This document shows positions 7,445 through 17,635 of a stretch of 64,000 bases of DNA, piece after piece. How positions within the stretch are numbered: the stretch's first letter is position 1; the number at the start of each line of letters is the position of its first letter. The notes beneath the pieces were generated by a model. The model was given only the letters and a program-made list of their open reading frames with translations. It searched no databases and was not told the DNA's origin. Source of the stretch: an uncultured Ignavibacteriales bacterium (lineage in GTDB: Bacteria > Zixibacteria > MSB-5A5 > GN15 > FEB-12); the NCBI GenBank assembly GCA_964464605.1, contig CAYXJN010000007.1:1-64000 (forward strand), in the 5' to 3' direction. Both the position numbers and the translations under genes were made by a program.

Positions 7445-8665
7445 TCAGTATTCCTGCCAATGATAGTCGGCGACGACAATAAGCCCGATCAACACCCAGC
7501 AAAGCACAAGCGATGTTCCGCCATACGACAAAAGCGGCAACGGCAATCCGGTAACGGGCATAATACCGAGCGTCATTCCGATGTTGACGAAAAACTGAAA
7601 GAACAACACCGCCGTTGCACTTAAGGCGAGATTGGAAATAAAGGGTGAGCGGCAGCGATAGGCGATTCTCAGGCCGCGATAGAAAATAAATCCGAACAAT
7701 GCGATCACCACAAGCGCGCCGATCAGACCAAATTGTTCACCGAGTGCTGAAAAAATAAAGTCGGTATGGCGCTCCGGCAGATAATCAAGCCGGGTTTGCG
7801 ACCCTTCCAAAAATCCTTTACCGAATATCCCCCCTGATCCAATTGCTATTTTCGACTGGATAATCTGATATCCCGCACCGCGGGCATCCCGTCCCGGATC
7901 TAAAAAGGTAAGAATGCGAAGTTTTTGGTAGTCATGAAGCCGGTTCCACAAAATCGGCGTGATAACGCCGAAGGCAAGATTGGTAATGGTAATCACCGTT
8001 CCGAACAAAAGTCCCGGCCGGGACAAAAAGAGTACGCTTAGCAATACTACAAAATAGAGCACCCACGCTAACCAATGCGATGCCGCAATGAGCGACACAA
8101 CCGGCGACAAAATAAGGGCCATGTATAAGGGCGGAAGCCCCGACCAAAACCAAAGGGCAAAAAGTACGACCCAGAACACCAGCGATGTTCCCAAGTCCGG
8201 TTGTTTTAAAATGAGCATGATCGGCACAATCGCCATCATCGCCGACAAAGCGAGTCTACGCTTCGAGGCAACCGGTAATCGGGTATAGGCAAAGAATCGG
8301 GATAGCGCGCAAATAATCGCCACCTTCGCCAAATCAGCAGGGGCAAAGTGAATCGGCCCGAAATCAAACCAGCGGTGCGATCCTTTGATATTCGTTCCTA
8401 TAAACAACACCGCAACAAGCAGTATGACCGAAAATCCGTAGAGCACATACGCAAGCAAGTCCCACGTACGGATGGGAATATGAAGTATGATGGCAAAGAT
8501 CGTTAAGGCTATCGGAAGCCAACTGAGCTGCCGGATATAAAATGTCCGCTCAAATTCCGATTCCGCGCCATATTGTGCGGAGAAAATAAGCAGAATACCA
8601 ATGAGCGTTACCGCCATCGCGGCGCCGATTAATTTCCAATCCAGCTCCCGGTAACTGATCGCCAT
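7445..8665 (-). CDS. rodA: Rod shape-determining protein RodA (SEDS family)
   Basis: KGSHRW, QPDLGT, GYQIIQSKIAIGSGG, LPERHTDFIF and PLLSYGGTS motifs; follows mrdA. Confidence 0.96.
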   Translation of the reverse strand: MAISYRELDWKLIGAAMAVTLIGILLIFSAQYGAESEFERTFYIRQLSWLPIALTIFAIILHIPIRTWDLLAYVLYGFSVILLVAVLFIGTNIKGSHRWFDFGPIHFAPADLAKVAIICALSRFFAYTRLPVASKRRLALSAMMAIVPIMLILKQPDLGTSLVFWVVLFALWFWSGLPPLYMALILSPVVSLIAASHWLAWVLYFVVLLSVLFLSRPGLLFGTVITITNLAFGVITPILWNRLHDYQKLRILTFLDPGRDARGAGYQIIQSKIAIGSGGIFGKGFLEGSQTRLDYLPERHTDFIFSALGEQFGLIGALVVIALFGFIFYRGLRIAYRCRSPFISNLALSATAVLFFQFFVNIGMTLGIMPVTGLPLPLLSYGGTSLVLCWVLIGLIVVADYHWQEY

Positions 8666-10477
8666 TTAGAATGTTCCTCCGGCAACGGCGACCGTGACAG
8701 TATCAAGACCGAGTTTATGCTTCATATATGCTTCGATGACCTGTCCCACGATTGGGGCAGCGATATCGGAACCATGGCCGGCATTTTCGATAATCGCGCA
8801 GCAGACAATCTCCGGATTTTCCAAAGGAGCCACACCGACAAACCATGAGTGCTCATTCCCGTGCGGGTTTTGCGCTGTTCCGGTTTTGCCGCCGATAGAA
8901 TAGAGCGGATTGCGCAAGCGACGCGCCGTTCCGCCGGGACCTTCGACTACGCGGCGCATGCCTTCATAGAGTGCGTTCATCGTTTCCGGTTTGAACGGCA
9001 ACTGAAACGAAACAACCGGCTTTATCTGCTCGGTGATGCCATCTGTTGTCATAGCCTTCACGATATGCGGCTCATATACCGTACCGCGCATCGCCAGTCC
9101 GCAGAAGAATTGCGCAAGCTGCAGCGGCGTGACCATTACCTCTCCCTGACCAATGGATGTGTTCAACACCAGCGCGTTGGTCCATCCACGTTTTCCGTAT
9201 CGTTTGTCGTAGTATGCCGTAGTCGGAATAAGTCCGGACTGTTCGCTCGGTAAATCGACCCCGGTTGCTCTGCCGAAACCACAGGCAGAATAATATTTGG
9301 CGAGATTATCGACCCCCAATTTGATACCTAATTGATACAAATAGGTATCGCACGACTGCTCAAGCGACTGGATAGCATCGATCGATCCATGTCCCCCTTT
9401 CAACCAGCAGCCGAAGAAGCGATTCCCGAACTGATAGCCGCCGCGACAGGAGACTAAATGCGTCGATGGCGTTATTAAATCCATGTCGATCGCAGCACCA
9501 ACCGTCACGAATTTTACAGTTGAGCCGGGAGGATATAATCCGGAAAGCGGACGGTTTAGAAGCGGATGAGTGGAATCATTCATGATTCCTTTCCATACTT
9601 CAGTTGGAATAACGGAAGAAAAGATATTGGCATCGTAGCGCGGATATGAAGTCATCGACAATATCTCCCCGCTGCGCGGGTCCATGGCGACAATCGCGCC
9701 GCAGCAGAATGCTTCCAAAAGCGATGCCGCTTTTTCCTGCAGGTTGTAATCGATGCTCAACGTAAGATCGGTACCGGCCACAGCCGGAATCGGTTTGCGT
9801 CCTTCGTATTGCCCCATCACCAAACCGGTAGCGGAAACTTCGATATAGGCAGTCCCTTCAATACCGCGTAACAATGTATCGTAGGAGCGTTCGACTCCTT
9901 TCTTCCCGACGGTACTGCCGGGACGCAAATCAGAAAAACTGGCGCGTTTTAGTTCCTCTTCGGAAACTTCACCGACATATCCGGTGAATGATTCCCCGCC
10001 TAATGAATCGGCATAGCGGCGTACCCGTTCGGTTTCATAGACAATGCCGGGGTAATTGCCGCGTTGCTCTTCAAGTACCGCGACAACCTCGAAGTCGATA
10101 TCCCGCGCAATCGGCGCCGGTTGATAGCGATTGACGAGAGAACGGCGCATCCGGTTGCGGACTTCAGTCGTATCGAGTTTGAGCAACTCCGCAAGACGCG
10201 CAACGGTTACCCCTTTGACCTCATTTGCGGGAAGAATCGAAACAGTGTACGATGACCGGCTATCGATAATAACCTTTCCGTTTCGGTCGGTGACCATCCC
10301 TCGTCTTGGAACTAACGGCTGCAAGCGAAGCTGGTTGTTTTCCGACATTTCGGCGAGCTCTTTATGCTCGACGATCTGGAGCTTAATCAACCCGGCGAGC
10401 AAAAGCAGGACAACGATACCGACAATCCCGACAGCCATCTGCCAGCGGCTTTCGAGTCCTACTTTCGACTGCTCCAT
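8666..10477 (-). CDS. mrdA: Penicillin-binding protein 2
   Basis: N-terminal TM helix, RGMVTDRNG, SxxK (STVK), SCD and KTGTAQ motifs. Confidence 0.96.
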   Translation of the reverse strand: MEQSKVGLESRWQMAVGIVGIVVLLLLAGLIKLQIVEHKELAEMSENNQLRLQPLVPRRGMVTDRNGKVIIDSRSSYTVSILPANEVKGVTVARLAELLKLDTTEVRNRMRRSLVNRYQPAPIARDIDFEVVAVLEEQRGNYPGIVYETERVRRYADSLGGESFTGYVGEVSEEELKRASFSDLRPGSTVGKKGVERSYDTLLRGIEGTAYIEVSATGLVMGQYEGRKPIPAVAGTDLTLSIDYNLQEKAASLLEAFCCGAIVAMDPRSGEILSMTSYPRYDANIFSSVIPTEVWKGIMNDSTHPLLNRPLSGLYPPGSTVKFVTVGAAIDMDLITPSTHLVSCRGGYQFGNRFFGCWLKGGHGSIDAIQSLEQSCDTYLYQLGIKLGVDNLAKYYSACGFGRATGVDLPSEQSGLIPTTAYYDKRYGKRGWTNALVLNTSIGQGEVMVTPLQLAQFFCGLAMRGTVYEPHIVKAMTTDGITEQIKPVVSFQLPFKPETMNALYEGMRRVVEGPGGTARRLRNPLYSIGGKTGTAQNPHGNEHSWFVGVAPLENPEIVCCAIIENAGHGSDIAAPIVGQVIEAYMKHKLGLDTVTVAVAGGTF

Positions 10478-10969
10478 CTATATCGCCTCTTCAATCGTCT
10501 GGCGGGTTATGTATCTATCCTTAAATAACAGAAACACCCAGCCGATTATCGTTGTGTATGCCGCACCCGGAAGTGCGTAGATGAAAAGAAAGCGAAAGAA
10601 TGTCCCCCATCCTTCAAAAATTATCAGCATGATATTGAAAATCAGCGTACCGCAGAACAGCACGACCAGCTTGGCGATCAGGGTTGCGATATCCAGATGC
10701 TCCTTTACCTGCGAGGTCGTCATGGCCAAGGCCGACAGGCATAAACAGTACCAGCCCATCTGATGCGGTATACCCGCCGCCGACACTACGGCTGCCGCAA
10801 AGGCAAACCAAACGGCGGTGCGCTCCGGTTTGTACAGGGCAACTAACAGGACGATAAGCGAAGTAACGTTGATAGTGACATCGAACACTCGCGTAATATC
10901 ACGAAACATCACTTCGAAAAAGGCGATGAGCAAAAGATAAACGAGATATGGTATCAGCTTTATGATCAT
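10478..10969 (-). CDS. mreD: Rod shape-determining protein MreD
   Basis: 163-aa hydrophobic protein between mreC and mrdA; call rests mainly on synteny. Confidence 0.75.
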   Translation of the reverse strand: MIIKLIPYLVYLLLIAFFEVMFRDITRVFDVTINVTSLIVLLVALYKPERTAVWFAFAAAVVSAAGIPHQMGWYCLCLSALAMTTSQVKEHLDIATLIAKLVVLFCGTLIFNIMLIIFEGWGTFFRFLFIYALPGAAYTTIIGWVFLLFKDRYITRQTIEEAI

Positions 10970-11757
10970 TGACGGGTCGACCTCAGCAGAAATATCTCTT
11001 CAATCGCCAGAAAATTGACTGACGGTTTCAACATTACGATGCTATACGGATTATCGGGCGGGTCTTCGACAGAGGCAACGGTTCCAATCAAAATACCGGT
11101 CGGGTACACGCCACCCAACCCGGATGAAACGACAGTATCTCCTACTTTGATGCTTCCATCTACCGGGAAATTGTCGAGCATTAGCCCGGTGCCGGGGATA
11201 AACTTAACGATTCCCATTTCGCGGCTGTTAACAAGCCGCGCCGCCACCCGGTTAGAGGGATTCGTCAAGAGCTCGACTGAGGCGTATCCTTGCGTTATTG
11301 AAACAACACGCCCGACCAATCCATCACGATTGATTACCGGCTGCTGCGAAGCAACACCGGTCGTGGCACCATGAAAGACCGTAGCCGTAATCGGAATCTG
11401 CGCGCCGGTAACAGAGACCAACTGCGCCGGAATGAGCGTGTAACCGGGAGGCGGCTCGAATCCGAGTGCGCCGCGAAGACGGACATTTTCTCGAAGCGCT
11501 TCTTCGAGCATCGAAATGCGAAGGGAAGCATCGACCAGCGCCTTGTGCAAAGTCCGGTTTTCGGAAGCAACTCCGGCTAAGTCGGTTGTGAGCTGTTTGA
11601 CTTTGAAAAAGGGGAAATATAGCGTGGCTAAAATCGTCTGGGCGGGGTACCTGCTGAGGGTATCGCCGGTTACTATCAAAAGAAACGACAGGACCGAAAT
11701 GAGAATGACATGCAGACCGCGCTGCCCGGTTGCTACCAGACGTTGAATTCGATTCAT
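10966..11757 (-). CDS. mreC: Rod shape-determining protein MreC
   Basis: TM helix, coiled coil, GLVGRV and GDTVVSSGLGGVYPTGILIG motifs. Confidence 0.93.
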   Translation of the reverse strand: MNRIQRLVATGQRGLHVILISVLSFLLIVTGDTLSRYPAQTILATLYFPFFKVKQLTTDLAGVASENRTLHKALVDASLRISMLEEALRENVRLRGALGFEPPPGYTLIPAQLVSVTGAQIPITATVFHGATTGVASQQPVINRDGLVGRVVSITQGYASVELLTNPSNRVAARLVNSREMGIVKFIPGTGLMLDNFPVDGSIKVGDTVVSSGLGGVYPTGILIGTVASVEDPPDNPYSIVMLKPSVNFLAIEEIFLLRSTRQ

Positions 11758-11789
11758 TATGTGCGGCGTCCCTGCCTTCGCGCCTCCGG

Positions 11790-12242
11790 TTAATCCAGGT
11801 TATCCATGAGCGCCAGCACTTCGCCCGGGGACGTGGCCGTCATCAGCTTCTCCCGAACCGCATCCTGCTTCATCAAAAAGGAGAGCTGTGACATAACATG
11901 TAAATGCGCGCCGATAGCATCTTCAGGGGCTGCGATAATGAAGAACAGATGCACCGGCTTATGATCCATCGCATCGAAATCGACTCCGGCACTGCTGCGC
12001 GCGAAAGCAATAACGATTCCTTTGACTGATTTTGTTTTGGCGTGCGGAAAAGCAACCCCGTGTCCGATACCGGTGGTTACTAAACTTTCCCGAGCCTGAA
12101 TATCGGTAAACAGCTGGTCGGCATCCTTGACCATCGGTGAACTGCCTAACAGATCAACCAACTCACGCATCACTTCATCCTTTTTGGTGGATTTCAGTGA
12201 AAAGGAAATCAGCCGTTCATCAGAAAACTTCGATAACTTCAT
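11790..12242 (-). CDS. Stand-alone PTS EIIA component (fructose/nitrogen-regulatory PtsN-like)
   Basis: RESLVTTGIGHGVAFPHA with the phosphorylatable His; GVDFDAMDHKPVHLFF. Confidence 0.9.
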   Translation of the reverse strand: MKLSKFSDERLISFSLKSTKKDEVMRELVDLLGSSPMVKDADQLFTDIQARESLVTTGIGHGVAFPHAKTKSVKGIVIAFARSSAGVDFDAMDHKPVHLFFIIAAPEDAIGAHLHVMSQLSFLMKQDAVREKLMTATSPGEVLALMDNLD

Positions 12243-12286
12243 GCTGTTGTCATCCTTGCCATCATTCTACTTTCTTCCCGCTCCGT

Positions 12287-13264
12287 TTATGCCGGGTTAT
12301 CCGGCAGACTTTCAAACTCACCCATTGCACGATATTTTGCAAGTCGTTTTGTTAGCAACAATTCAACCGGGTAACTCATCAGCTCAACTAAAGCCGACAA
12401 AATCTCTTTTTTCATCGCGTCCGCCGTTACCTGGGGGTCGGTATGCGCGCCGCCTTGCGGTTCCGGAATAACGCGATCTACGATCCGTAATTCCACTAAA
12501 TCATCTGAGGTCGGCTTAAGCGCCTCGGCCGCTTCCGGCGCCTTGGCGGCATCACGCCACAATATCGCCGCGCAACCTTCCGGTGAAATCACCGAATACC
12601 AGGCATATTCAAGGGTCATGACTACATCCCCTATTCCGACACCCAAGGCGCCGCCTGAGGCTCCTTCTCCGATAACGATACAAATAATCGGAACCTGTAT
12701 CGTGAACATTTCACGGATATTTTTTGCGATTGCTTCGGCTTGTCCCCGTTCCTCTGCGCCGATCCCCGGAAAGGCGCCGGGAGTATCGATCAACACGATG
12801 ATGGGCAGTCCGAATTTTTCGGCGAGGCGGAACAGGCGAAGCGCTTTGCGGTATCCTTCCGGATGCGCCATCCCGAAATTGCGATGCAGTTTTTCCTTCG
12901 TGTCCCGCCCTTTTTGCTGGCCGACAATGACGATGGGGGTTTCATCAATTCGCGCAAGCCCGCCGATCATCGCTTTGTCATCGGCGAAACCTCTGTCCCC
13001 GTGCAGTTCGATAAAGTCAGAACAGATCATGCGGATATAATCGAGTGCGTACGGTCGGCGCGGATGGCGCGCCACCTGTATTTTCTGCCAGCGGGTTAAA
13101 CCGGAATAGACATCCTCTTTGAGGCGGGCGAGTTTCTTTTCAAGCGATGCTATCTCGCCGCCGAGTTCAATACTCTGCCCGGCGGAAAACTCCTTCATCT
13201 CGGAGATTTTTTTCTCCAATTCGAAGATCGGTTTTTCGAAATCAAGAAATGGTCGTTCGCTCAT
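12287..13264 (-). CDS. accA: Acetyl-CoA carboxylase carboxyltransferase alpha subunit
   Basis: LDFEKPI, ARHPRRP, ELHGDR, IDTPGAFPG and YSVISPEGCA motifs. Confidence 0.98.
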   Translation of the reverse strand: MSERPFLDFEKPIFELEKKISEMKEFSAGQSIELGGEIASLEKKLARLKEDVYSGLTRWQKIQVARHPRRPYALDYIRMICSDFIELHGDRGFADDKAMIGGLARIDETPIVIVGQQKGRDTKEKLHRNFGMAHPEGYRKALRLFRLAEKFGLPIIVLIDTPGAFPGIGAEERGQAEAIAKNIREMFTIQVPIICIVIGEGASGGALGVGIGDVVMTLEYAWYSVISPEGCAAILWRDAAKAPEAAEALKPTSDDLVELRIVDRVIPEPQGGAHTDPQVTADAMKKEILSALVELMSYPVELLLTKRLAKYRAMGEFESLPDNPA

Positions 13265-13404
13265 ATGTAGTTTTGCTCACCGCGTAAACGCCCGGTTAAA
13301 CCGAACTGTGCGATACGGTGAAGATACAAAATAAGAAACGGCATCGAAATTACAACTACAAAAATTCCGGGTAAATAAATGGGGGACAATGGATTTTAAA
13401 CGAC

Positions 13405-14307
13405 TCAGGATGGCGGGTGGGTCAGGTCGTCGTACCCGTTGTTGCCGCGAAACGGCACCAGTAAAATAGTCAGGATAAAATTGAAAAGCAAAAGCAGCGG
13501 CAAAGCGGTCAAAGCGAAGCCTTGCGGACCATGTTTTAAGAAGTATTGCCAGATTGAATAGTGATGATACCATGTCCTGCGCACCAATCCGGTTTTACTC
13601 CCCTGCCCCCAGCCATGAATAGCGGTTGCCGTGGGAACGAACAATACAGAAAATCCCTGCTGGTATACGCGCAGGCAGAAATCCATATCTTCCGGATACA
13701 TGAAAAAGCGCTCGTCGAATCCCCCCAGGGAAACGAAAAGCTCTTTGCGGACAATCATTACTGCCCCGGCGGCTGCCGGAACCGGAGTGATTTCTTTATA
13801 CTCAGGAAGGGTATAGAACTTTTGCGTAAAAAGCCGTCCTATTACCGATCCGCGTGAAAATAGGATATTCGACGGAGTCGGAAAATTTCGGCAGCTCGCC
13901 TGAAAGCGGCCGTCCGGAAACGTTAAACGGGGAACAACGACTGCGGCTTTCGGATTGGTAGTAATGGTCTTGATCAGCTCACTCAACGTGTTCTTTTCGA
14001 GAAAGACATCCGGATTCAACAAACAGAGGAATTGACCGCTCGACTGCTCCACACCACGATTGACCGCGAAAGCAAAACCGCGATTGCGATCAAGGCGAAT
14101 GATTTTCGCGGCCGGAAAATGAACCGCCAATAAGTTGTTGGTGATTGCCCAGTCAGAGGATGCGTTATCGACCACTATCAACTCTGCCGACAACTGCTCG
14201 ATTGCTCTGCGCAGCGCTCCGAAACAGAGTTCCAGTCGATGCGAAGAATTATGCGTGACGATAACAATTGAAAGCTGTGCCTGCCCGGGTACCGGGGGGG
14301 CAGTCAC
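13405..14307 (-). CDS. Glycosyltransferase family 2 (WbbL/rhamnosyltransferase-like)
   Basis: LSIVIVTHN, VVDNASSD, NRGFA, LLNPD and GGFDERFFMYPEDMD motifs; GTGA overlap with the upstream gene. Confidence 0.88.
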   Translation of the reverse strand: MTAPPVPGQAQLSIVIVTHNSSHRLELCFGALRRAIEQLSAELIVVDNASSDWAITNNLLAVHFPAAKIIRLDRNRGFAFAVNRGVEQSSGQFLCLLNPDVFLEKNTLSELIKTITTNPKAAVVVPRLTFPDGRFQASCRNFPTPSNILFSRGSVIGRLFTQKFYTLPEYKEITPVPAAAGAVMIVRKELFVSLGGFDERFFMYPEDMDFCLRVYQQGFSVLFVPTATAIHGWGQGSKTGLVRRTWYHHYSIWQYFLKHGPQGFALTALPLLLLFNFILTILLVPFRGNNGYDDLTHPPS

Positions 14308-15035
14308 TTCAATTGTCCGAAGATCGATTTGAGGCGTAGCCACCACACCATCCAGATAGCTTCACGGACAATCCGCTTGGACATTTTGGATTGACCCGCG
14401 CGTCGGTCGACGAAAATGATCGGTATTTCCTTGATACGGTATCCTTTCTTCCAGGCTCGCATCGACATTTCGATCTGAAACGAATACCCGGTCGACTTGA
14501 CCGCATCAAGATTGATTGATTCGAGAACTTCTCGGCGAAAACATTTGAACCCGCCGGTAGCATCCCGTAACGGCAAACCGGTTACCCATCGGGTATACAC
14601 ATTCGCGAAGTAGGATAACAGCAAACGGGACATCGGCCAGTTGATAACGTTCACGCCTGAAATATACCGGGAGCCGAGAACGATATCGTAATCCTTGATC
14701 TCGCTTAGAAAGTCTTTGATATACTCAGGACCGTGCGAAAAGTCCGCATCCATTTCGAAGATATAATCAAACTTTCTTTCTATCGCCCATTTGAATCCGG
14801 CAAGGTACGCCTGCCCCAATCCGTTCTTTTTCGGACGGTGCAGCACATTCACCTTTGATTCTTGCGCGGCAAGCTTGTCGGCAATTTCACCGGTGCCGTC
14901 AGGAGAGTTGTCGTCGACGATCAGTACATGCACCCGTGGATCCATCGGCAATACCGCGTGCACGATTTTTTCAATGTTTTCCCGCTCATTGTATGTCGGG
15001 AAAACTATCAAAGCGCGTTTTGTGGTCGCGTTCAT
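14304..15035 (-). CDS. Polyprenol-phosphate mannose synthase (DPM1/Ppm1-like GT2)
   Basis: PTYNERENI, VDDNSPDGTG, GLGQAYLAGF, MDADFSH, DATGGFKCFR and GYSFQIEM motifs. Confidence 0.88.
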   Translation of the reverse strand: MNATTKRALIVFPTYNERENIEKIVHAVLPMDPRVHVLIVDDNSPDGTGEIADKLAAQESKVNVLHRPKKNGLGQAYLAGFKWAIERKFDYIFEMDADFSHGPEYIKDFLSEIKDYDIVLGSRYISGVNVINWPMSRLLLSYFANVYTRWVTGLPLRDATGGFKCFRREVLESINLDAVKSTGYSFQIEMSMRAWKKGYRIKEIPIIFVDRRAGQSKMSKRIVREAIWMVWWLRLKSIFGQLK

Positions 15036-17512
15036 GAACTTGTCTCCGAAGTCGTCGGTTTACGCCGCATATAAAAAATCCCGAACCCTACTACACCTAA
15101 CAAATAGAGCGTACTCGCATACGTGGTAACTTTCCCGGTCGAATACCGCTCGGAACGGAAGAGCATCGCGACGGTGTGTTTTCCGCCACCCGGCACTGCT
15201 ACCCCGCGGAACGCGCCATCAGCACGAAGCAACGGAGCGGGTGCGCCATCAACGGTCACCTGCCAGCTGTCGTAATAGGTATCCGTCATCACCAGGAGTT
15301 TATTCGTCGAACAGGTTACCTCTATCGTCACCGAGTCATAATCGTAAGAAACAATCTTGGCCGAATCGAACAGCGACATTCCTTTTTGAATCGGAAGCGC
15401 CGGTTTTTCCTCTAAGTGCGCCACTTCCCGCAGGTCACGGGCGTCACGCGGGTCTGTGTCACGGCCGATCACCAGCATGTTTATCATCTGACGGTCGTTA
15501 TGCACCACCGCGCTATCGACTAAAAAGACGCGGGGGAAGGCGTTATCGTTGCGTACCACGCTCACATTTCCAAAGGTTGATACTATCGCTGTGGTTGAAT
15601 CGCCGAAATATCCCTGTGGAATCTGCTGTCCGGCCGGTAAGGTTAGGTATTTCGCACCGACCAGATTAAGAAAACGGGGATGCAACTGGTTTTGCTTTTC
15701 AATACCGCCGAGCAAGTCATCGTACCAGCGCAACTGGTTACCGTGGTATCCTACGACGACCGGAATATGAAAATAGGGGAGCAAATTGGGAGAAAGACCA
15801 GCAAGATTCATCACCCGGAATTCACCCGGCTGCTGTTTGAGATAATCCGCTACTGGGTTCGGTCCCCAGTACCGGTTCGGGTCATCTGCTTGCACAAAAC
15901 GGGCATCAAAGATTGCCCCCTGTTTAGCGACTAATACTGCGATAACTATCAGCGCGACGGCAGCAACCATTCGTTTGGCATAGAACCAAAGCAACACCGC
16001 CGTTGCCCCGACAAACAGGAAGGAAAGCCATGCGCCGGATTGAATCGCACGCAGGTTCATGTAGGCGACATCGAGTTTACTGATATTCTGCTGTACGAAT
16101 TCACGGGCGGCGGAATCATAAAACAGTGATGCCCACAAGTTCAGCATCCCCTGCCCGGCCGCGGAAAAGAGAAACGCAAAGACCAGCAAGAGTGCCGGAA
16201 ATCCGAACAGAACATAGTAAAATCCGGGCGGCAGCGCTTTCGCGCCGGAGCGGCGCAGATCCATGAAGTATTGTATCCCCATCCCCGCCAGCAGTGCAAT
16301 AGAGAATGAGAAGAGATACATGATCATCGACGGTGCGCGTAAGGATTCAACTTTAGGCAATAGATAAAAGAGTCGGAATATCGGCGTCGTTCCGGCTAAG
16401 GCATACAGCAAAGCGAATAACGCGAGTCCGCCGAAGAAATATCCTTCCCGCCTATGCGAGAAGACCAAACCGAGCATCGCTAAAAACAGTGCTGCAACGA
16501 CGACTGATTCGGAATTATCTTTGAACGCATTCTTCCCCCAGTAATACGTCTTTATGTCCGGGTCCTGCACTGATGTTCCCGCAAACTCAGGTACTAATAA
16601 AGAAAAAGCCTCTTCCTCATGCATCGACCAGGAAATAGCCCAGTCCCAACCTTTTTTGGTGTCGGCGCGGGGGGAAAAATGCGTCGTGTATTGATAGCCG
16701 GGATAAAACTGAATTGCTGAAACGAGCAGCCCCAATACCACCGCGTATGCCGTCAATGCCGCCGGGCGAATAACGGCCGGGATCCCTTTTTTGTCTTTCA
16801 GCATCATGATCAGTTTGAATGCGGCATAAAAAGAAACCGACCAGAGCATGAAGTAGGACATCTGTGGGTGCGGGGTGAGAATAATCAACCCGATCATGCC
16901 GCCGGTCAGCGTGAAATTGAAAAATGACTGAAAGCCGGTTGTGTTAAATGATCGATCTAAAAAGAGCATCAACAGCGGGTAGAGCGCGGTCACGAACATT
17001 TTACCGTCATGCCCCGGCGCAATCAATGAAACCAATACCGGAGCGAACATATATGCCGCCGCCGATATCACCGATGCTACCTTTGACAGCTTGAACTGCC
17101 GGGCAGCGAAATACATCGTCACCCCGGCTAAAAAGACATGGAGGAATAAGACAAAGCCGATCATTCGCGGGACCGACCCGAAGAATTTCAAGAACGAGAG
17201 CGGATAAAAAATATCACCGTGAAATGCTTCCACGAACGGCAGCCCGCCAAACAGATACGGATCCCACTGGGGCACTTCCCCGTGCGTTTTGACATACTCG
17301 ACAAGCATTGTACGCGCCTGAATACCGGCGTTGATCATATCACTGCCGTGGAGCATCGCGCCGCCGGTGAACAGAAAATCCCTGAAAAGAAAAACGAGGA
17401 TTACAAACAGCCCGACAAAACAGAGCGGGACAAAATGTCGGGATGATTCAAAATCGAAATCATGATCATGCTTTGCTTTACCGGCCGATTCACTCTTGGT
17501 CGGTTTTACCAT
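15032..17512 (-). CDS. YfhO-like polytopic membrane protein (putative GT-C glycosyltransferase)
   Basis: About 12-13 TM helices; PQWDPYLFGGLPF loop; C-terminal soluble domain LLVMTDTYYDSWQVTVDG...ADGAFRGVAVP and a final TM helix, as in YfhO-family proteins. Confidence 0.75.
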   Translation of the reverse strand: MVKPTKSESAGKAKHDHDFDFESSRHFVPLCFVGLFVILVFLFRDFLFTGGAMLHGSDMINAGIQARTMLVEYVKTHGEVPQWDPYLFGGLPFVEAFHGDIFYPLSFLKFFGSVPRMIGFVLFLHVFLAGVTMYFAARQFKLSKVASVISAAAYMFAPVLVSLIAPGHDGKMFVTALYPLLMLFLDRSFNTTGFQSFFNFTLTGGMIGLIILTPHPQMSYFMLWSVSFYAAFKLIMMLKDKKGIPAVIRPAALTAYAVVLGLLVSAIQFYPGYQYTTHFSPRADTKKGWDWAISWSMHEEEAFSLLVPEFAGTSVQDPDIKTYYWGKNAFKDNSESVVVAALFLAMLGLVFSHRREGYFFGGLALFALLYALAGTTPIFRLFYLLPKVESLRAPSMIMYLFSFSIALLAGMGIQYFMDLRRSGAKALPPGFYYVLFGFPALLLVFAFLFSAAGQGMLNLWASLFYDSAAREFVQQNISKLDVAYMNLRAIQSGAWLSFLFVGATAVLLWFYAKRMVAAVALIVIAVLVAKQGAIFDARFVQADDPNRYWGPNPVADYLKQQPGEFRVMNLAGLSPNLLPYFHIPVVVGYHGNQLRWYDDLLGGIEKQNQLHPRFLNLVGAKYLTLPAGQQIPQGYFGDSTTAIVSTFGNVSVVRNDNAFPRVFLVDSAVVHNDRQMINMLVIGRDTDPRDARDLREVAHLEEKPALPIQKGMSLFDSAKIVSYDYDSVTIEVTCSTNKLLVMTDTYYDSWQVTVDGAPAPLLRADGAFRGVAVPGGGKHTVAMLFRSERYSTGKVTTYASTLYLLGVVGFGIFYMRRKPTTSETSS

Positions 17513-17635
17513 GTCAAACTCCACTGGAAATAGCGGTTTTTACGGCCGCCGGGAAGAAAAATACCCATATGGGGCATAAGGATAACCAACTTATTCAGTG
17601 CGGGCAACCTCTTTAATCGAAGACAGAATAACTAC

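Noticed and set aside
13277..13573. 98-aa minus-strand ORF between the GT2 gene and accA
   Set aside because: It overlaps the GT2 3' end in another frame, has no RBS or motif, and covers the probable accA promoter region.
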